From Spongospora subterranea f. sp. subterranea (taxonomy: Eukaryota), in contig JAUGWO010000145.1 of assembly GCA_049724395.1 (NCBI GenBank), forward strand, positions 1 through 64,000: 64,000 nucleotides of DNA, written 5' to 3'. Position 1 is the stretch's first letter; the number at the start of each line of letters is the position of its first letter. The notes below the pieces were generated by a model that saw nothing but the letters and a program-made list of their open reading frames with translations, made no database searches and was not told where the DNA came from. Made by a program: the position numbers and the translations under genes. Positions 37,401 to 52,046 of the stretch are shown piece after piece.

Positions 37401-40400
37401 TTTTGCCAAAAATTCAGGAACCGGTTCAAGCCCCCGCGACAAAATGTCGGCATTGATTAACGGCAGAAGTTGCGAATAGTCATTAACGGGCAAGCTAACC
37501 CCAGGGAATAAATCGCCAATAATTCCTTGGAAAAGCGGAATATCCTGTGAGAGAAATTTCGGCAGATTAACATCATTAATTGAGCGGAGCATTAGACGGC
37601 TCTCGTTTTCATTAGGCTCCAGTCGCTTCAAATTTCCGGCAGCCATTAGCACTGCTTTCACTGCACGCATTCCATAATCGTAGTGATCTTGAGAGGAAAG
37701 CTGTTCACTGCATAAGCGAAACGTTGCCACGATCTTCCTTGCCAGCGACCTGGCTTCAATGAAACCACAAGAATATAGAGTGATTTCTGCAATCATTTCG
37801 TAGTTGGGAACCATCATGGCCACTGTCCTGAACAATGCTTTCAAATTGTCAGGTAGCTCGGAGCGCCCAGCATATCCTGAAATTCCGATGAGAACATCAC
37901 TGTCATGGAGATTTAAACGGCTCACCCGGATTCATTGTGATGAAAATATTGCATGTCTGTCGAAGTCGAATTTCTGTCCCTTCGAACCGAAAGTGACCCA
38001 GCTTAGCCGCAGTTGCTCTTTGAATTGATGATACTTGTTGTGCTACAACAGATAGCACTTCCAAGTCGATGCGATTGAATTCATCAAAACATGCCCAAGC
38101 ACCACTAGACGCCAGCCCTTTGAAGAACTTGCTCATTGCTAAATAGTCAAGGCCATCAGAGCAATTAAACACTACGCACTGAATAGCAACAGCTTTGGCA
38201 AGATCCTGAAATTAGCAATTAGGATTTCACAAACATTTGGAAATTATTTTTGTTCTGACCTTCACTGTCTCGGTTTTTCCTGTTCCAGCTGGGCCCTCAG
38301 GTGCACCCCCAAGATTGAACTGCATCGCTCCCATTAGAGTCCGATAGCATCGGTCTGTTAAGGGAGTAATGACAAGTCGATCAGAATTGCCCAGATATTC
38401 GTAGCCATAAGCAAGTTCGGAGTTGATAATACGAATTTTAACGGTATCCTCAAACCAATAATATCTAAGCTGGGAAATCCACTGAAAGTCTGTAATACGA
38501 CTAATTTTGGCGTTCACAAGTGCCTGAACAGTATCACGGGCATGAACATCAATGACAACTAGAGCGCCAAGTGTGCGACGTTGCAAACGAGTTAGAGGTT
38601 GCCGGACCAGCGCGACAATTTTCTGCAGTTGGGAATTTGACATTTCCAAAAATTGTTTCAGAGTCCCGGATTCGATTGCTTTTTCAACTGCCTGTGTCCA
38701 GAAGATCTGACTAACTGCTAATACAACTTGGCCTATTGGCTTAAGAATTGGCGAAAATTTGTTTCAGTTGACATTTCTGTTTACCTGGCCAGTCCAACGA
38801 CCACTGCTCACGAGCTTCATTAGAAAACGCGGCGATAGAGCTTTGAATAGAGGATTTGACTGATGAAAACATGAGAGTTTCGACATCACTTAGCCATCGC
38901 TCTACGGCGCCGTTTGCGTCTTTTGCGTTCATTGAGGAGGTAAGGGCAAGCCGTTCCCCTGACCACAGTTAGGAAGATCGGCAAAGTGCAAACAGCAGTT
39001 GACACCTTCTGATGAAAATAGGGCAGTTATGTCCATATTTTCTTGGAACTCTAGTTTTGCAATGCCTTCAAAACATTTTTTCAAATGAGGTTGAACGCGA
39101 GTAGGATCTTTTGTTTCAGACAAAATTTCCAATAGCTCGTCGTTAGATAAGAAGAAGAACCTGAATCACAACAATGAGCACTTGGAATCAAGTCGCGTTC
39201 AGCTTGTTTTACCGTGGAAAAAATAATCGCTTGGTCTCAAGATATTGGTTCAGACCCAGTTGAATCCTGTCAAGCATTACGCGAGACGACTTCAAGGTAG
39301 CCAGGATGTCAGGAATACTTGACACTGCGTTCGCTGCTGGTGCGGCAATCACCTAAGGAATTTGAATTTACAGAATGTGTATTCTAACGGCGGCGATATT
39401 TACATCTGACATAATGGCTCTCCAAGACGCATCAACTTTCCGAAACAAATTTCCTTCCTCAGGCATTTGCTTCATTATGTCTTCGGAGGAAAATATCGGC
39501 TCCAAATAAAGCCAAGTGGTTTGCACTTGAAGCCAATTGTCAATTATATCCTGGCAGCGTTTCATTTTCTTAGATTACTTCTGTCGTCACTCAGATAGAT
39601 TTACCTGCATGTTGGTCAGCCATGTCTCCCACTCAGCAATTGTTTGCGCGAATGGTTTTGCGAAACTGGAACCCTATACATAATTCGATTTAGATTAGCA
39701 TGCAGTTGTTGAAGAAGCACTCATACCTTCATGGTTTGTGTTTTCACAATATGATCGTCCAAAAGAGTTTGGATTTCTTCTAGACCTCCACCGATGAGGA
39801 TGAATGTGCCGGAATCGCGATAAGCCGCAGCACTAAATTCAACGCTTGCCCATTCCTAAAGTTCCCAGTATCAAACAGGTGCAATCATCAAATAACTACA
39901 CCAAGCAACGTGGCAGTACCTTTTTCATTCCATCAGCAGATTTTTCAATGGAGTACTCCTTTGAAGCTGAATCCGAAACTTGCATAAGTTGTTCTGTATA
40001 TTTAGCGACTCCCATATCGACGAACCTAGCATAACAAAACCGGAACTTTGTTAAATGACAGCAATTTGTACAGTTTGAACAATCACCGGGTTAAAGATGT
40101 GTGATCGTCTGGACGAAGATCGAAACCGACGATATCGGAGATATCTGACCAGTGCCGCTGTCTTAACCCGGGATTGCAAAGTATTTCTACAAGAGGCAGG
40201 TTCTGTTTGAACGCATCCAGCGAAGTCTGACGTGTCAAAGTGGTTAACCAACTCTCATGCCGCACATTGACGTTTCATGCCTTGATATTGAGGGCAACAC
40301 CTGCAGCAGCGATCGCTAGAGTTTTCGATAACTTCAACGATGCGCGCCACATTGAATCGCATTTTGTTTTGACCTGGTGGATGTTAAGAGCGGCAAAACG

Positions 40401-43400
40401 CTCCAGACGTAGAGATTACCTGTTCTGCATTTAGGGAAAAAACGGGACCGTCGACCCATAAACTATGGTACTGATGGAATTCCTCAACTAGAACCCATAA
40501 CTCCTCAAATGGTACGATTTTGTTCTGGATGTCATCCAATGTAGAGAACACAGTTATTGTCATTCCCAGCAATTCGTCCTGCTCCTGAATGCGTCTGCAT
40601 TCTTCGACTGAGTACCGAGTTGCATATTAGCCGTGGCAAGATGATGGTTGAGTATTATCGTACCTGCAGCGGTAAGATTCTCCTTGACATTGCGAATAAT
40701 AGTATTGAATTCAGCTTCTCGTTTCACGTCCACAAATTCTGCGAAATCAGCAACTTGGGCAGCGTATGAATCGAGTAATTTTGCAAATTTGTCCTTTCTT
40801 GATTCGAACTGTCCCTCCATTTTTCTTCGTTCTCCTAGGAGCTTGATGTTGTCGAAAATATCAGACGCTATAAGTAATGCAATAAAATCCAATACCTGGG
40901 CGTCAGCTTCACCGATGATTGCCTCAATCTTTTTTACCCACGAAAAAGTTGATCCAGAGTGACTCAAAACTTCATCATTGACAAGGTGCTCGCATTCAAA
41001 TAAAAACCGTAATTCATCAGCAGAATTACTACAGTCGTTCAAGAGACGTTTCAACGTAGTTTGTTTAAAATTTGTTGAATATCTAGCCAGATCAACCAGC
41101 TCCTGAAAATACGGCCCAATTAGCAGTTGAGCTATAGTGCACTACAGCGTCAAACCCGGCTATTGATTGGCTTTTTCAGCAATGCAGCAGCAGCAGCTTT
41201 GAACTCATCGCAAATAACAACATTATGCTCAATATTGCGAGTAGCAACGAAAGGCTAGAACCTTAAATGACGTTGAATGTACAATTCGCATAAATTTGAT
41301 GCTCTACCTGTTTGCACAAATCTTGAGCTTTGCTTAGCAGCGATTCATTGACTTTACTGCAATCCAGCACTAACATCTGGCATCGAATTGATTCCTTTGA
41401 TTTCGATTCGATATCCATAGTTAGATTCCGAAAACCCGATACCCTTGAACGAACATGAGATCAGAAATAATCGCAACTGATGTGATTCGATACTTTTCTC
41501 TTAATTCTAACAGCGTATGCGGTTGCGTTAGTAAGTCAGATAGCCGCTGCGATTCATCCAGGAGGTATGCGTATTCGTCATATAGGTTGACAACAGTGAC
41601 TACCGATTCCACAGAGCGGCAAAACACTCGGACTATGTCATCTTTCAATGCTAATATCCGCTGATCGTCAACTTTGAGAACGAGGCTTCGAGGATTATCC
41701 AGCAGTGGATAAAGTTTGGTCTCTATTCTCGGCAGCGTATCGAGACTCACAAGTATAGCATCGAAAACACGGCAGAGAGCGGACTCAATTTCGTTGGGAA
41801 GCGTCTATAAACGTGTAAGTCCGTTCTGATAACACGGGTTCCAACATCACCGAACAACCTGTAGCTGAATTTTCCGTCGCTGGATAACAAGTTTAATACC
41901 AAATAACGGAGAGAGAGATTTGGCTGCGTTGCTCCCCTGGAAAACATTGAGGATTGACGCAGGAGCATTAGAGCTAAACCGAAGTTCAGGTGCACTTGAA
42001 AACTGGGTAATGAAAGAATGAAAATCTCGAACGCTCTTTTCGACAATGCTTCGTAAATGATTTGTCATCAACGTTGCAATCGAATCAAAGAACTTCTCAG
42101 ATCGCCCATCGTCTTTGATACTATTCGAAATTTTGAATATTTCTTCAACTTCTTTCATCTATTGTACCGCTCTTAGTTGACTAAGCAACAATACAAAGCG
42201 CTTCGTACCCAATTATTTGAAAAATTGCTTAGTTGCTCCCTAAGATGAGCCTTTTGACGCGTCTCAAAATCTTGAATACTGATTGGCAACTCGGATTCCC
42301 TTGGAATCCAGATTAAGGAGCAGTCTTGATACCGTGACCACATTTGCTGGATACCGATGGCTGCTGGATTAACTGAGGTACGATGCGCCGTTATAAAAAT
42401 GGACTAAAGCATGAAAAGTGGCCCTACCTATAAACAATTTTTTCTCTAGGTACAGCCATGCTTGTTGAATAGGCTCTCGCCATGATACTGGAGGGCATGG
42501 TTGCGAGGGGCACATCCCCCAATCTTTTACTGTTGGAGCAGGAGGATAAGTAATATCCAGCCGTGATCTCTCGTGCGGCGATCTGTAGCAATGTGAACTA
42601 ATTTTCTGCAGAATTGTCATCCCATTCATTACCGTAAAACATAATCCAGTATAGAGCGCATTACGCTCAGTTGGTAATCTGCAGTCATGTCTTTAATCAT
42701 TTCTCGTAGGAGCCCCTGAAGCCATTAGTCGAAGTTAATAATTTACTTTCAAAGAGAGATTTTTTACCTTTAAATTGTTCTGTTCTACAGAGTGTAAATT
42801 CAAATTGAGCAGGATAAGAACATTGTGAATCCATTCGTTCTTAATCGGTGCGATTTGTTTTGGATCTGAAACATTTCGGATATAGTGCTAGAACAGTAAA
42901 AATGAGTGTAAACGCTGCTGGGATTTTCGCATGGTTGTTACGTTGTAGCGATCAAGGGAATTCTGGTGTTCGTCAGAGCAATCTTCCACACTGATTGAAC
43001 GAAGAGCTCTTTTGGTATTTGTATCTAGCTCGTCGTATGCTGTTGATAGATGAATAAGCGAATGGGATCCTGACCTTAACTGCCATTGTTGTGCCTAAAT
43101 TTCTGATTCAAAAAGCGCCTCCCATATCGGCAAAGCCTTCACAGACCTCTGGCGAATAAAACCCAGCAATTTTTGCGCTAGGAGATAGATCGGATTGACC
43201 ATTGGGAAACGTCGCAGCATTAGTTCGGCTGAATGAGTCTAGAACAGGTGGATACAGATTCTACAGACACAAACCGGGTTAACATATATTTTGAATGAAC
43301 TATCTAAATCTACACCCACGCGATGCGACGCTGGAAGGTCTTGAACTCGGGGTGGAGACGGAGATCGTCCGGTCACGCAAATTCGATTTCCTGGAGAAAG

Positions 43401-44193
43401 AGCTCGCCGAGACAATCGCGTCGATAGATCTCCATGACCTAAAGCGGTCAATCCTTCACAGCAAGCAATTGGCGGTTGTTTGTTTTTAGTATTGGTTATT
43501 AGTTCGGCAAGGGAAACTAGCCCAGCTGAGAGTGTTCAGATCAGGAAGCAATCGCGACCTCATGAAACTCCAAAACTTACCTTTTGTATGTTTTCCGATG
43601 TACGTGTACCGAGCCCTCTTTTTATGATGTCTTATTGCGTTCATGGCAAGCTCGTGGATGTCTTTTGTTTGGGCTAGTTTTTCGTCTGTTGGTGCGGTAT
43701 GAAGAACCATAGCGGCCTTGCGGTCTTCGGCTATAAATGTAGCAAAACCAACTTCAATGACGCACTGCCCTCGAGAAGCAATCATTTCCCCTAATCGAAG
43801 GAACATGTGTGACAGCGCAAGCTTCAGAGTTTCTGGAGCGACTGTTGAGTATTTTGAGAGCGAAGACATGTACATTTTCACGACAGCGGGAGCGTCCTTC
43901 TCTTTCGTGATCTGGTTTGCTGGAACTTCCAGAGAGTATTTATCGACGAAACCCTTATAAAATAAAAATATCGGGCCACCTCCTTGCTCCCCTGCAACTT
44001 GCATAAAAACCCCAATAGGAGGCAACGAGAACGAGTTTTTCAAGGAATATTGCCTTGCAGCCCATTGCATTAACGCTGCCCATGAATCGGCGTATGTGCG
44101 GCTGTTGATAAGGTTCGTCAGCCTCAATGCTCCATTTGGCGTAGTAATATAGCGCCCCACACATTCGTTGACGAGGGTTTCGGCGGTCAACAT
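28432..44193 (-). CDS. Axonemal inner-arm dynein heavy chain (DNAH7-like), many short introns, N-terminal HU-CCDC81-like module
   Basis: P-loops [32 protein letters not shown]. Stalk and C-terminal CPVYKT...GHSTNF. N-terminal HYIRN..IAPI..W and DYQLSV..ILDYVL. The exon at 43486-44193 splices in frame to 43239-43451. Confidence 0.92.
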
Positions 44194-45080
44194 GTCGAAG
44201 CCCGCGACAACCCCTGCGCCAAAGAGGATGCAACCAGATCAATGGCGAAGCCAGACCAATATTGAAGAGCTTTTTTCTGCCCACAGAATATAATGCAGTA
44301 TCAATCGTAACACACATGACTGAGACAACAGTCCCAGTGACGAGATTCAACCCGTCACTGCTCCGAGTTCCTGACATTGTAACAGAACATCACCGTGATC
44401 ATAGGAGATGTGCCATGTTGTTACACATAGTTCTGTCGGATGGGGTTGCTGCTCTGCTTTGGCTTGTGGTTATAGCATGCAATGATTCATAACGAAAAGT
44501 TATACGATAGGCTGGTAAAATCGATGATATAAACTTCCGTTCTCAATCTGGGCAATGCATCCGAACAGCGAGAGGATGAAAACGCTGTTTGACGTTGACG
44601 AGTAACAGAACCGTTTGAACAGTAAAGTTCCTATCGCTGGTCAAAGACCGAAGTAAATACTGGTGATATGCGGTGTCAGAATCAGATCTTTCTTGTGGTA
44701 TGTTGAAACGCTAATGAAAGGGTAGTACATCAACCTAAATAACAACTTCACTAAATGCCGGCAACGACCTCAACGAACAAAAATTCAGGAAAATGTTCCG
44801 GCGAATTGAACGACAAAGAGAAGTATTTTTACTTCAACCGTAGCATTTGGTACTGGGAGAGTTGCCGGTGGACATTTGAAACGCTGATCACATATTCATT
44901 CAGAGATTATGTCTGTGCGTTCCGTTGTGCAAACAGTATCATTTCTCATTAGAATATTCTTGATATGATTTTCAGGCAGGTGAATTCGCTTTGATCAGTT
45001 TTCAAGTAAAACATTACATTATTTGGATGATTGCAGTTCTAATAGTAAGTAGCTGCGATGTAATGTTTTGATATTTTTAA

Positions 45081-47306
45081 TCAGGCTATTACAAAATTCC
45101 TTGTGATATTGACTTGTTCAGCCATTATTTTGACCTGAAAGACAAGTGTCAGCCTCTTAGATCTCTGACGCACTTGACGGAAAACAGTGACCGACCTTCC
45201 TGTTGAGAGCATCGATATTGTTCTGGTATCGGCGATGCGCGTCCTTGGTCAGTTGGCGTGAAATCGCCAGTTCTTCTTCCACTCTGCTTTTTTGTTTTTG
45301 CAAAGATTGTATCAGTTCTGAATTAGGTGCTGAAACGCCCACAGGAGGTTCAGGGGCCATCCTTGCCCTACCGGGTTTCAAATTCGCCATTCTCTCGGTA
45401 CCGTTTGAATCTATATCAGGTTATTCAAGTTGACAGCCTAACCCTATCGTCCTCACCGTTGTGGATTTTACAGCGATTCTCAAGGTTCGAATACGCTTGC
45501 TGACTCAAATGCAGGGTCCTAATGAGATCCGAATTTTCGATCCCTAATTCTTCAATCCGCTTTTGGAGAACGTCTCGGTCCCAGTCGTCAAACAGACCTT
45601 CTACAATTTCGACTTGTTTTGACTTTAATCCGTCCAGTTCTCGCTCGCCTGGATATAAGTTGCATTTTCAGTGCGTCTTGATCGATTATCTATAATTCAT
45701 GATATGAGAATCGCTTTAAGGCAGACTACGCGACCGATTTTATACCCGTTCATTTTGATTCGAAACTGCGGCTTTCAACGACGCAATCTCTGTCTTCATA
45801 AAGGGGATCTGTTCATTTGCTAGAGATAATTTCGAGAGCTGGACGCGCAACGACTCGATGAGTTTATCGTCGTTAGCGCTTTGTTCAATGACGACGTGAA
45901 GCTTTCCTTTCATGTTGACGACCTGTTCCTCAAGGGTTCGATTCCGCGCCATTATCGCATCGTTCTTAGTTTTCAGCGTTCTATTCTGTTGTTTGACGGC
46001 CTCCAAGTCTTTCGCCATCTCGTCCCGTCCAGCAACCTTCTCCTTCAGTTTCCGTTCAATCTCTCCCTTCCTCCGTTCTAAGGCATTGCAAACTGTAGCT
46101 TTCCTCTATTTCAAGATTGTAAGCAATGAGACGCGTTTGAATGATCATCTTACGGGGGGCTTCCTTCCACACCCGGTCGGTTTCTCTCTCTGTTCAGCTT
46201 TTAAAGTAAGCCTGGCAATTTCTTCGGCGCGTCCGCGCCAGTTCGATTTTCCGCTCAGCACCTTTTCAATGCATCCTTCGCCTCCAACTTCTGCTTTTAT
46301 TACGCGTTTCAGTGCACTGCACAGTTGCAGTTAAAAAACCCGCCGAACGGGAACACTCTGATCGGTAGATAACCAAGCAGAACACTGACACAATTTCGCT
46401 CTTCAGGTGAGAGACTTGCGATGAACACGATGAAAGACGTGCGGATTTGGTCAGAAATTTGGCTTTCCATTCACGGCATTCTCGTTCGACATCGGTTTGG
46501 TGCATGGACGAAACAGCGGTTGGTTTTTCATGGTTCGAATCAATAATCTCGAGTCACGGGATCAGTTGGAAAACTCGAAACTTAAGCGACTGGTTCTACC
46601 TCACGTAACTGATTTACTTGGGCATTGAGGCGAGCATTATTTCCCGTTGCTTTGGTCAACGCCAATCGCAAGGATCGATTCTGAAAGACGCCCCGACAAT
46701 CAGAAACACGGAATTGGGGACGTTGTCGGATCAATGGCGAACTTTCCTGAACTATGTCTTTAGCGGTCTCGTGAACATCCTGCGATAGAACGGTGGTCAG
46801 TTCTTGGCGAAGAGCGGCGATCGTATCGGTCTGGGATTGAATGAGCACGTCTTTAGCTTTCGTCTCTTCCTGCAATCGTTCCGCCTATAATCATCGGTTC
46901 GTCAATGCGTGATAATCTCAACAGCATGGCCTGATCATATTCCAAGCTCAACCTGATCTCTGAGCTCGTTCATGCTCCCGTACTTATCCCAGTCAAAATC
47001 CGATCCAAGAACTCGAAAATTGTCATAGATCTGACCACGTTCTATGTCAAAAATTGTGGTCAAAATCGTGTTCAAACTTACATCGGATTTCGTGTTGAGC
47101 TCATCTTCAAAAGCCCCTGTTCAAGGATAATTCAACTTCAGGTTTCCGTTATTGTCAAACCCCATACCAGACTCCTCGGTAGGGAAGCAATCGCCCTCAT
47201 CATCACTACTGCTGCTAGCATCGTCTTCGGGAAGACGATCGTCGAACTCGCCTTCATCCGACCACCGATCAACGTTCACAAAGACATCAATCGCGTCTTG
47301 GGCCAT
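45081..47306 (-). CDS. Coiled-coil centriolar/ciliary protein, CCDC13-like, multi-exon (3' end uncertain)
   Basis: NWRGRAEEIARL and ARNRTLE...DDKLIESLR resemble CCDC13 motifs. Acidic first exon from ATG 47306. Confidence 0.65.
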
Positions 47307-47510
47307 CTCACGGTCAACAAACGGCAATGATCGTCATGTACTAAGACAAGTCACAGAAATCGCCCATTTCAAACATTTTCGACAACCAAAACGTAACTGT
47401 AAACCCATGAGAATGCCGGGACAATTTAGATTTAGGATAGAGTACAGTTTATGGCAAACTGAACCGGTGAAAAATACGAAAGGACGATCAACATCAACAA
47501 CGGTGGTCTT

Positions 47511-48780
47511 CTAAGACAGGTCCTTGATCCGATCGCAGTTTACGATGACGAATCCGAATAAAACGAATCCGGCCCCGATGATGTAGAGAGCGGTCAGCTC
47601 TCGATCAAAGATGAACATGTCGCAAATCATCGACAACGGGACCGCACACGACAACCCAATCTGGAATCACAATCCAGTCAACATCAGGGTCTAGTAATTT
47701 CAAATAACATTCAGAACCGAAACTCATCGTAACAAGGAGAAAACAACTGAATTAATTTGGTACGGTGGCGATTAATGGCGACGTAAGCAGAATAGCTTTG
47801 GCCCAGATGACGTCACTGATGACAGAACTGATGGCGTTGAAACCGAGGCCGATAAACGTCATGATGGAGGGAACGGTGATGACGTATATGGAGGTGAGGT
47901 GGAGGATGGCCATTATTGGACCACCAACACAAATGACGTAGATCCCCATCCATGAAAAAAACGTCATTGTTTGAAGTCGTTGAGTATTCCATCCGATTCG
48001 CTTTCGTAGGCCGACTGTATAAATTCCTGATAAGACGGCGGCGCCCAGCGCAGCACCGTCTCCGGCCAAAGACGAAGCCCGACGTTGGTATGGGGAACGG
48101 ATGTTGTCGAGAAGAGCGACAAGGCATGCGCCGCCCAGAGTTGCCACAACTCCAATCACTTTGGCGGTCGTGGCCGGATCGTGATGCGTGAGGAGGCAAG
48201 AGAACATCAGGGTGAAAACTGAGGAGGTGGTGGACAAGATCATACTAGAGCTGAGCGACGTCCGCGACAGCGACCAGTTGTAAAGAAAAGCCATAGCCAA
48301 CCAGATCAGGACGAATTCGCCGCTCAATAAGCAAGTCTGGACTGAAGGTCACCGAAACAAGAAACAACTGGCAGAATCGCGAGTTCGTATGTACCTGTTT
48401 TGTGGAAAGGTAATTACTTGATGGAAAAACCGGTCTTCTGAAGACGATGGCAATTTGAAGTAATGAGAAAGTCGCCGACGTGACCAAGGTCAACGTCAAC
48501 GGATCGTCAAATGAAAGAACGCTGAAAATTTCCTATCGGTGAACGGCAATTTGCTACGTTATTTTCGAGACCCCAACGCAGATACAATGATGTTGTGCCC
48601 AACCTGTGTAACGATGGCTGAAGTTACCCAAAGCACAACGACGACCCCGATCAAGACCGAACCCAATGCCAAATCCGTTCGCTGGTTTTCGATATCGAGA
48701 AAGGCGGGAACAGCCAGCTGTATTTGATCGGGATTTAGGGGATTGGTCAGATCCGGCTCCACGATCTCACCTTGCCTCAT
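47511..48780 (-). CDS. SLC35F5/Thi74-like drug/metabolite (EamA) transporter, multi-exon
   Basis: LGSVLIGVVVVLWVTS, LYNWSLSRTSLSSSMILSTTSSVFTL, SDVIWAKAILLTSPLIAT, IGLSCAVPL. Stop at 47511-47513. Confidence 0.85.
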
Positions 48781-49047
48781 TTTATTACCGGATATCACCG
48801 TATGAAATACCACGTTGTTTTCGGGCACCTCAGCACCAACCGGCAATCACCTCTCAAATCTTCAATGACGACGACCTACGGCACATTTTCATTCACAACA
48901 TCTTCCAGCGTTGATTTCAGGAAAAAATCGGAGTTCATACCTTTACGAGCATTCTACACATTAAAAAAGCGAAGGTACGAATGTGGATTGTTTGGCCCCA
49001 CAATCCGTCTTCCGATGATGGTTTGATCGAAATTCTGGGGAGCTGTA

Positions 49048-50363
49048 TGTAGTACAGCCCTCTGTACTATCGGTCCCGTTACGACAACTTTATGTCTTTT
49101 CTTAATAAATCATTCTTATTATAAGCTCTTATGAACTCTTGTAAACCTTTGTTACACATCTTCACCAATACCGCTGGCTTTACTTTCTAAAGTCAGTACA
49201 AAACGTTTTTACTGGTAACCAACCGCTGGGTAGCTTTCTACTGACCTTTGAGGCCAATGGTGAACAATCGAGGCCACACTGATCCTGAAGTGGCTGATTC
49301 TCAGCCAAACAGCTCTGCAAGCCGGTACTGAAACTCTTACTATCAGTCAACTTGCTATATCTGGCAGATCGCCAGTATTTTTTCCTGTAGAAGCCCCCAA
49401 ACTCAGAAATTTTGGTCCTCAATCAATCGCAATTTTCGTTAGACAACGATCCTCTTACGAGCCACTTGTCGTAGAACGACGTCAGATACATGGCGAATCT
49501 ATCACTGCTGTTTCCATCAAAAGCACAAGTGATCCTATTCGCCCAAAACATTTGCAACATTCGAGATCGGTAAATCGATCGAAGAAAACAGTCTTGGAAA
49601 AATTTCTGTCGCGTCCACCCCCTATAAACGGTTGTTTAGTATGCAAGGGAGCACACTGGGTACAAGTTTGGGACACAGCGACGTCCGAACAAGTGAAAGC
49701 TGCCCACGACAACTTAAAATTGAAACCAGGAAAACCCCCAGTTGAAAGCACTACATAACATATTAGAGAAAACATTCGTGGAGAGCGACCAAGTCACATT
49801 CCAAAACAAGATTTCATTTCCACTTGAATTAGATAATGGCGCGTCAAAGACGACGTTATCAACCAAAATGTTGTCTTCGATATCTGCGATAACGCCTGTG
49901 ATGATCCGAACTCTCGATCCTCCGCTAACTTGCAAACTTGCTACCATAAGTCATTCGACGACGATATCTAACACCGCTTATCTCGATCTTACTCTTTCTT
50001 TGCGGGCAGGAACCGTAAATTTTCGAAACATTGAATGCTATGTCACTGACGAGGGCATGGAAACCGTTTTAACAGTCAGCCAGAAATCCTTGTAGCTTGG
50101 AAAGGGTTTGATGGATATGATTCAACTTGGGAACCTGTTCAAAATGTTCCTGTATAACTTCAAGCGTTTTTACGTGACAGGACCGATTTTTTTTTGTCAC
50201 GTTCATTGCCCGAATCTTTATGAGAGAGGCGAGTGTAGTACAGCCCTCTGTATATGTCTTTTTTTAATAAATCATTCTTATTATAAGCTTTTAAGAACTC
50301 TTGTAAACCTTTGTTTACACATTTCTACCTATACCGCTGGCTTTACTCTCTAAAGTCAGTAAA
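49048..50363 (+). mobile_element. Non-autonomous Ty3/Gypsy chromovirus-like mini LTR element (~1.3 kb)
   Basis: LTRs 49048-49200 and 50234-50363 both start TGTAGTACAGCCCTCTGTA. 5-bp TSD CTGTA (49043-49047, 50364-50368). PPT gagagaggcgag at 50222-50233. Internal gag knuckle CLVCKGAHW, protease LDNGAS and chromodomain ILVAWKGFDGYDSTWEP. No RT or integrase core. Confidence 0.92.
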
Positions 50364-50399
50364 CTGTATATGAAATCAGTTAAAGCTGATCTTGCGGAG

Positions 50400-52046
50400 A
50401 ATCAATTTATATATGTTGGTTTGTCAAACGCTTTGTATAGCGCTGACAACAACAAATGATTTGGCATTTTAATGCCAGGGGTGTAGTGCCCATAGTTAGA
50501 ACAGGGCCATTGGTATCTGTGTATGGGAATCAAAAGACGTTCATATGCAAAACTGATTCGAGCAGAGTCGAAAACAGTTTTGAGAGGGACCGTTGGATGG
50601 GATTGCAATTCGACATGAGATCATTCGAGCTCGTTTGGTGGTCAGAAGCTTCGATAGGCTTCCCACATCCTCAAAAGATGATGTCTTCAGAAATCGTTCC
50701 TGATTTTTACAGACCATTTGCAACCGTGTCGGAACCGATATAGATATGTGGTCAGAATCTGAGCAATGAACAGATTCGCAATGACCTCACAGCGAGTTCT
50801 CCCCTTCCGGTAAAATACGTTTAAAAAGCTATCAGTTTCATCAGGTTATTGATAAGAATGTTGCATTGAGTTATTGAAACTGTAAAAGGACTTGGTATAT
50901 TTTTGCCGCATCCCACTTCCAGCGCAAAAGTGAGTCGATGCTTGTGGCACAAGTGGTCTTTGCATCAGCTGGGTGACCGCGAAGTATGGCCACTATTGGC
51001 GGGTTCTACGCCAGGAACAAACGACAACAATATTGAATATTCAAGTTAATCGCTGTTTGTTCGCAATTGGGTTCATTCACAGATCCTCCCGAGCTCAGCA
51101 GAAGAGCGGGCGTCGCACCTGGTCGTGTCTGTTCATATAATCGCAATACCGAGATCAATTCGTTGCAATTCACCGATCCGCACCGATCGAACCCATCACC
51201 AAACAATTTGACCATATTGTCATGATTGTAGCGCCGAGGGTTCGCAGCTCCGGCGATCGGCCCCAACTACTGAAGAAGTGCTTTGTAGAGGGTAAATGAT
51301 TCAAGGGCGTCCTTGTCACCACAGTGCAAGGACCGTCATCGTCTGTTGTGGAACACCCCAGGCACAAGATGCTTAACACTGATATCACACAGCAACTCAT
51401 TGAGGTTTCGACAATATCTGTATTGATGAAGGCACGTGTGCGTCCTTGCGATGTGTCTTCAATAGCTATACACAAACATCAACAGGAAAACTGCGATCCC
51501 CATTGCGATCCCAATTGTGATCCCTGACAGCACAAAGAAGTTATAATATTCGTAAGGCATTCAAGCAAATTTCAGAGGTGGAAACTTAGTGGAAGTTGAG
51601 ACGCAATCACAATCAAGATGGTATTTTAGAGAACGAAAAATTATGTTGTTGCATAACGAAACATTCATTATTACAATTTCAACTGCAACAGTATAATGAA
51701 ACTCACAAAAGCAGGCGCGCATGGAGAGGAGGAAACGGGTGGGTGTACAGCACAGAATACCATCAGTACAGAAGTTCGGTTCATGTTCCTCCATTTCGTA
51801 ATTGGATCGTAGAGAAATGGCGTCATAATTGACCTGGCTATCAGATACAGTAGTTTCCGTCATTGGAGTTACGATTATGTCCAAAAATTCCGCTGAATTA
51901 GGAGCATTAACGGTATCTGTCTGAACTTCAGGGCTCATCGAAGGACCTGCAGGATTGGTATCATCCGGTTTAGCAGCATTAACATGGACGGCGACAAAAC
52001 ACTGAGCAGCAATGGCAAAGAATATGCAGAGAAGCTTTCGCGACAT
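50400..52046 (-). CDS. Putative secreted Cys-rich orphan protein, copy 1 (exon structure and 3' end uncertain)
   Basis: ATG 52046 gives MSRKLLCIFFAIAAQCFVAVHVNA (signal-peptide-like). Downstream frame CCVISVLSILCLGCSTTDDDGPC follows a ...ctgtcag acceptor. Conserved in copy 2. Confidence 0.55.
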
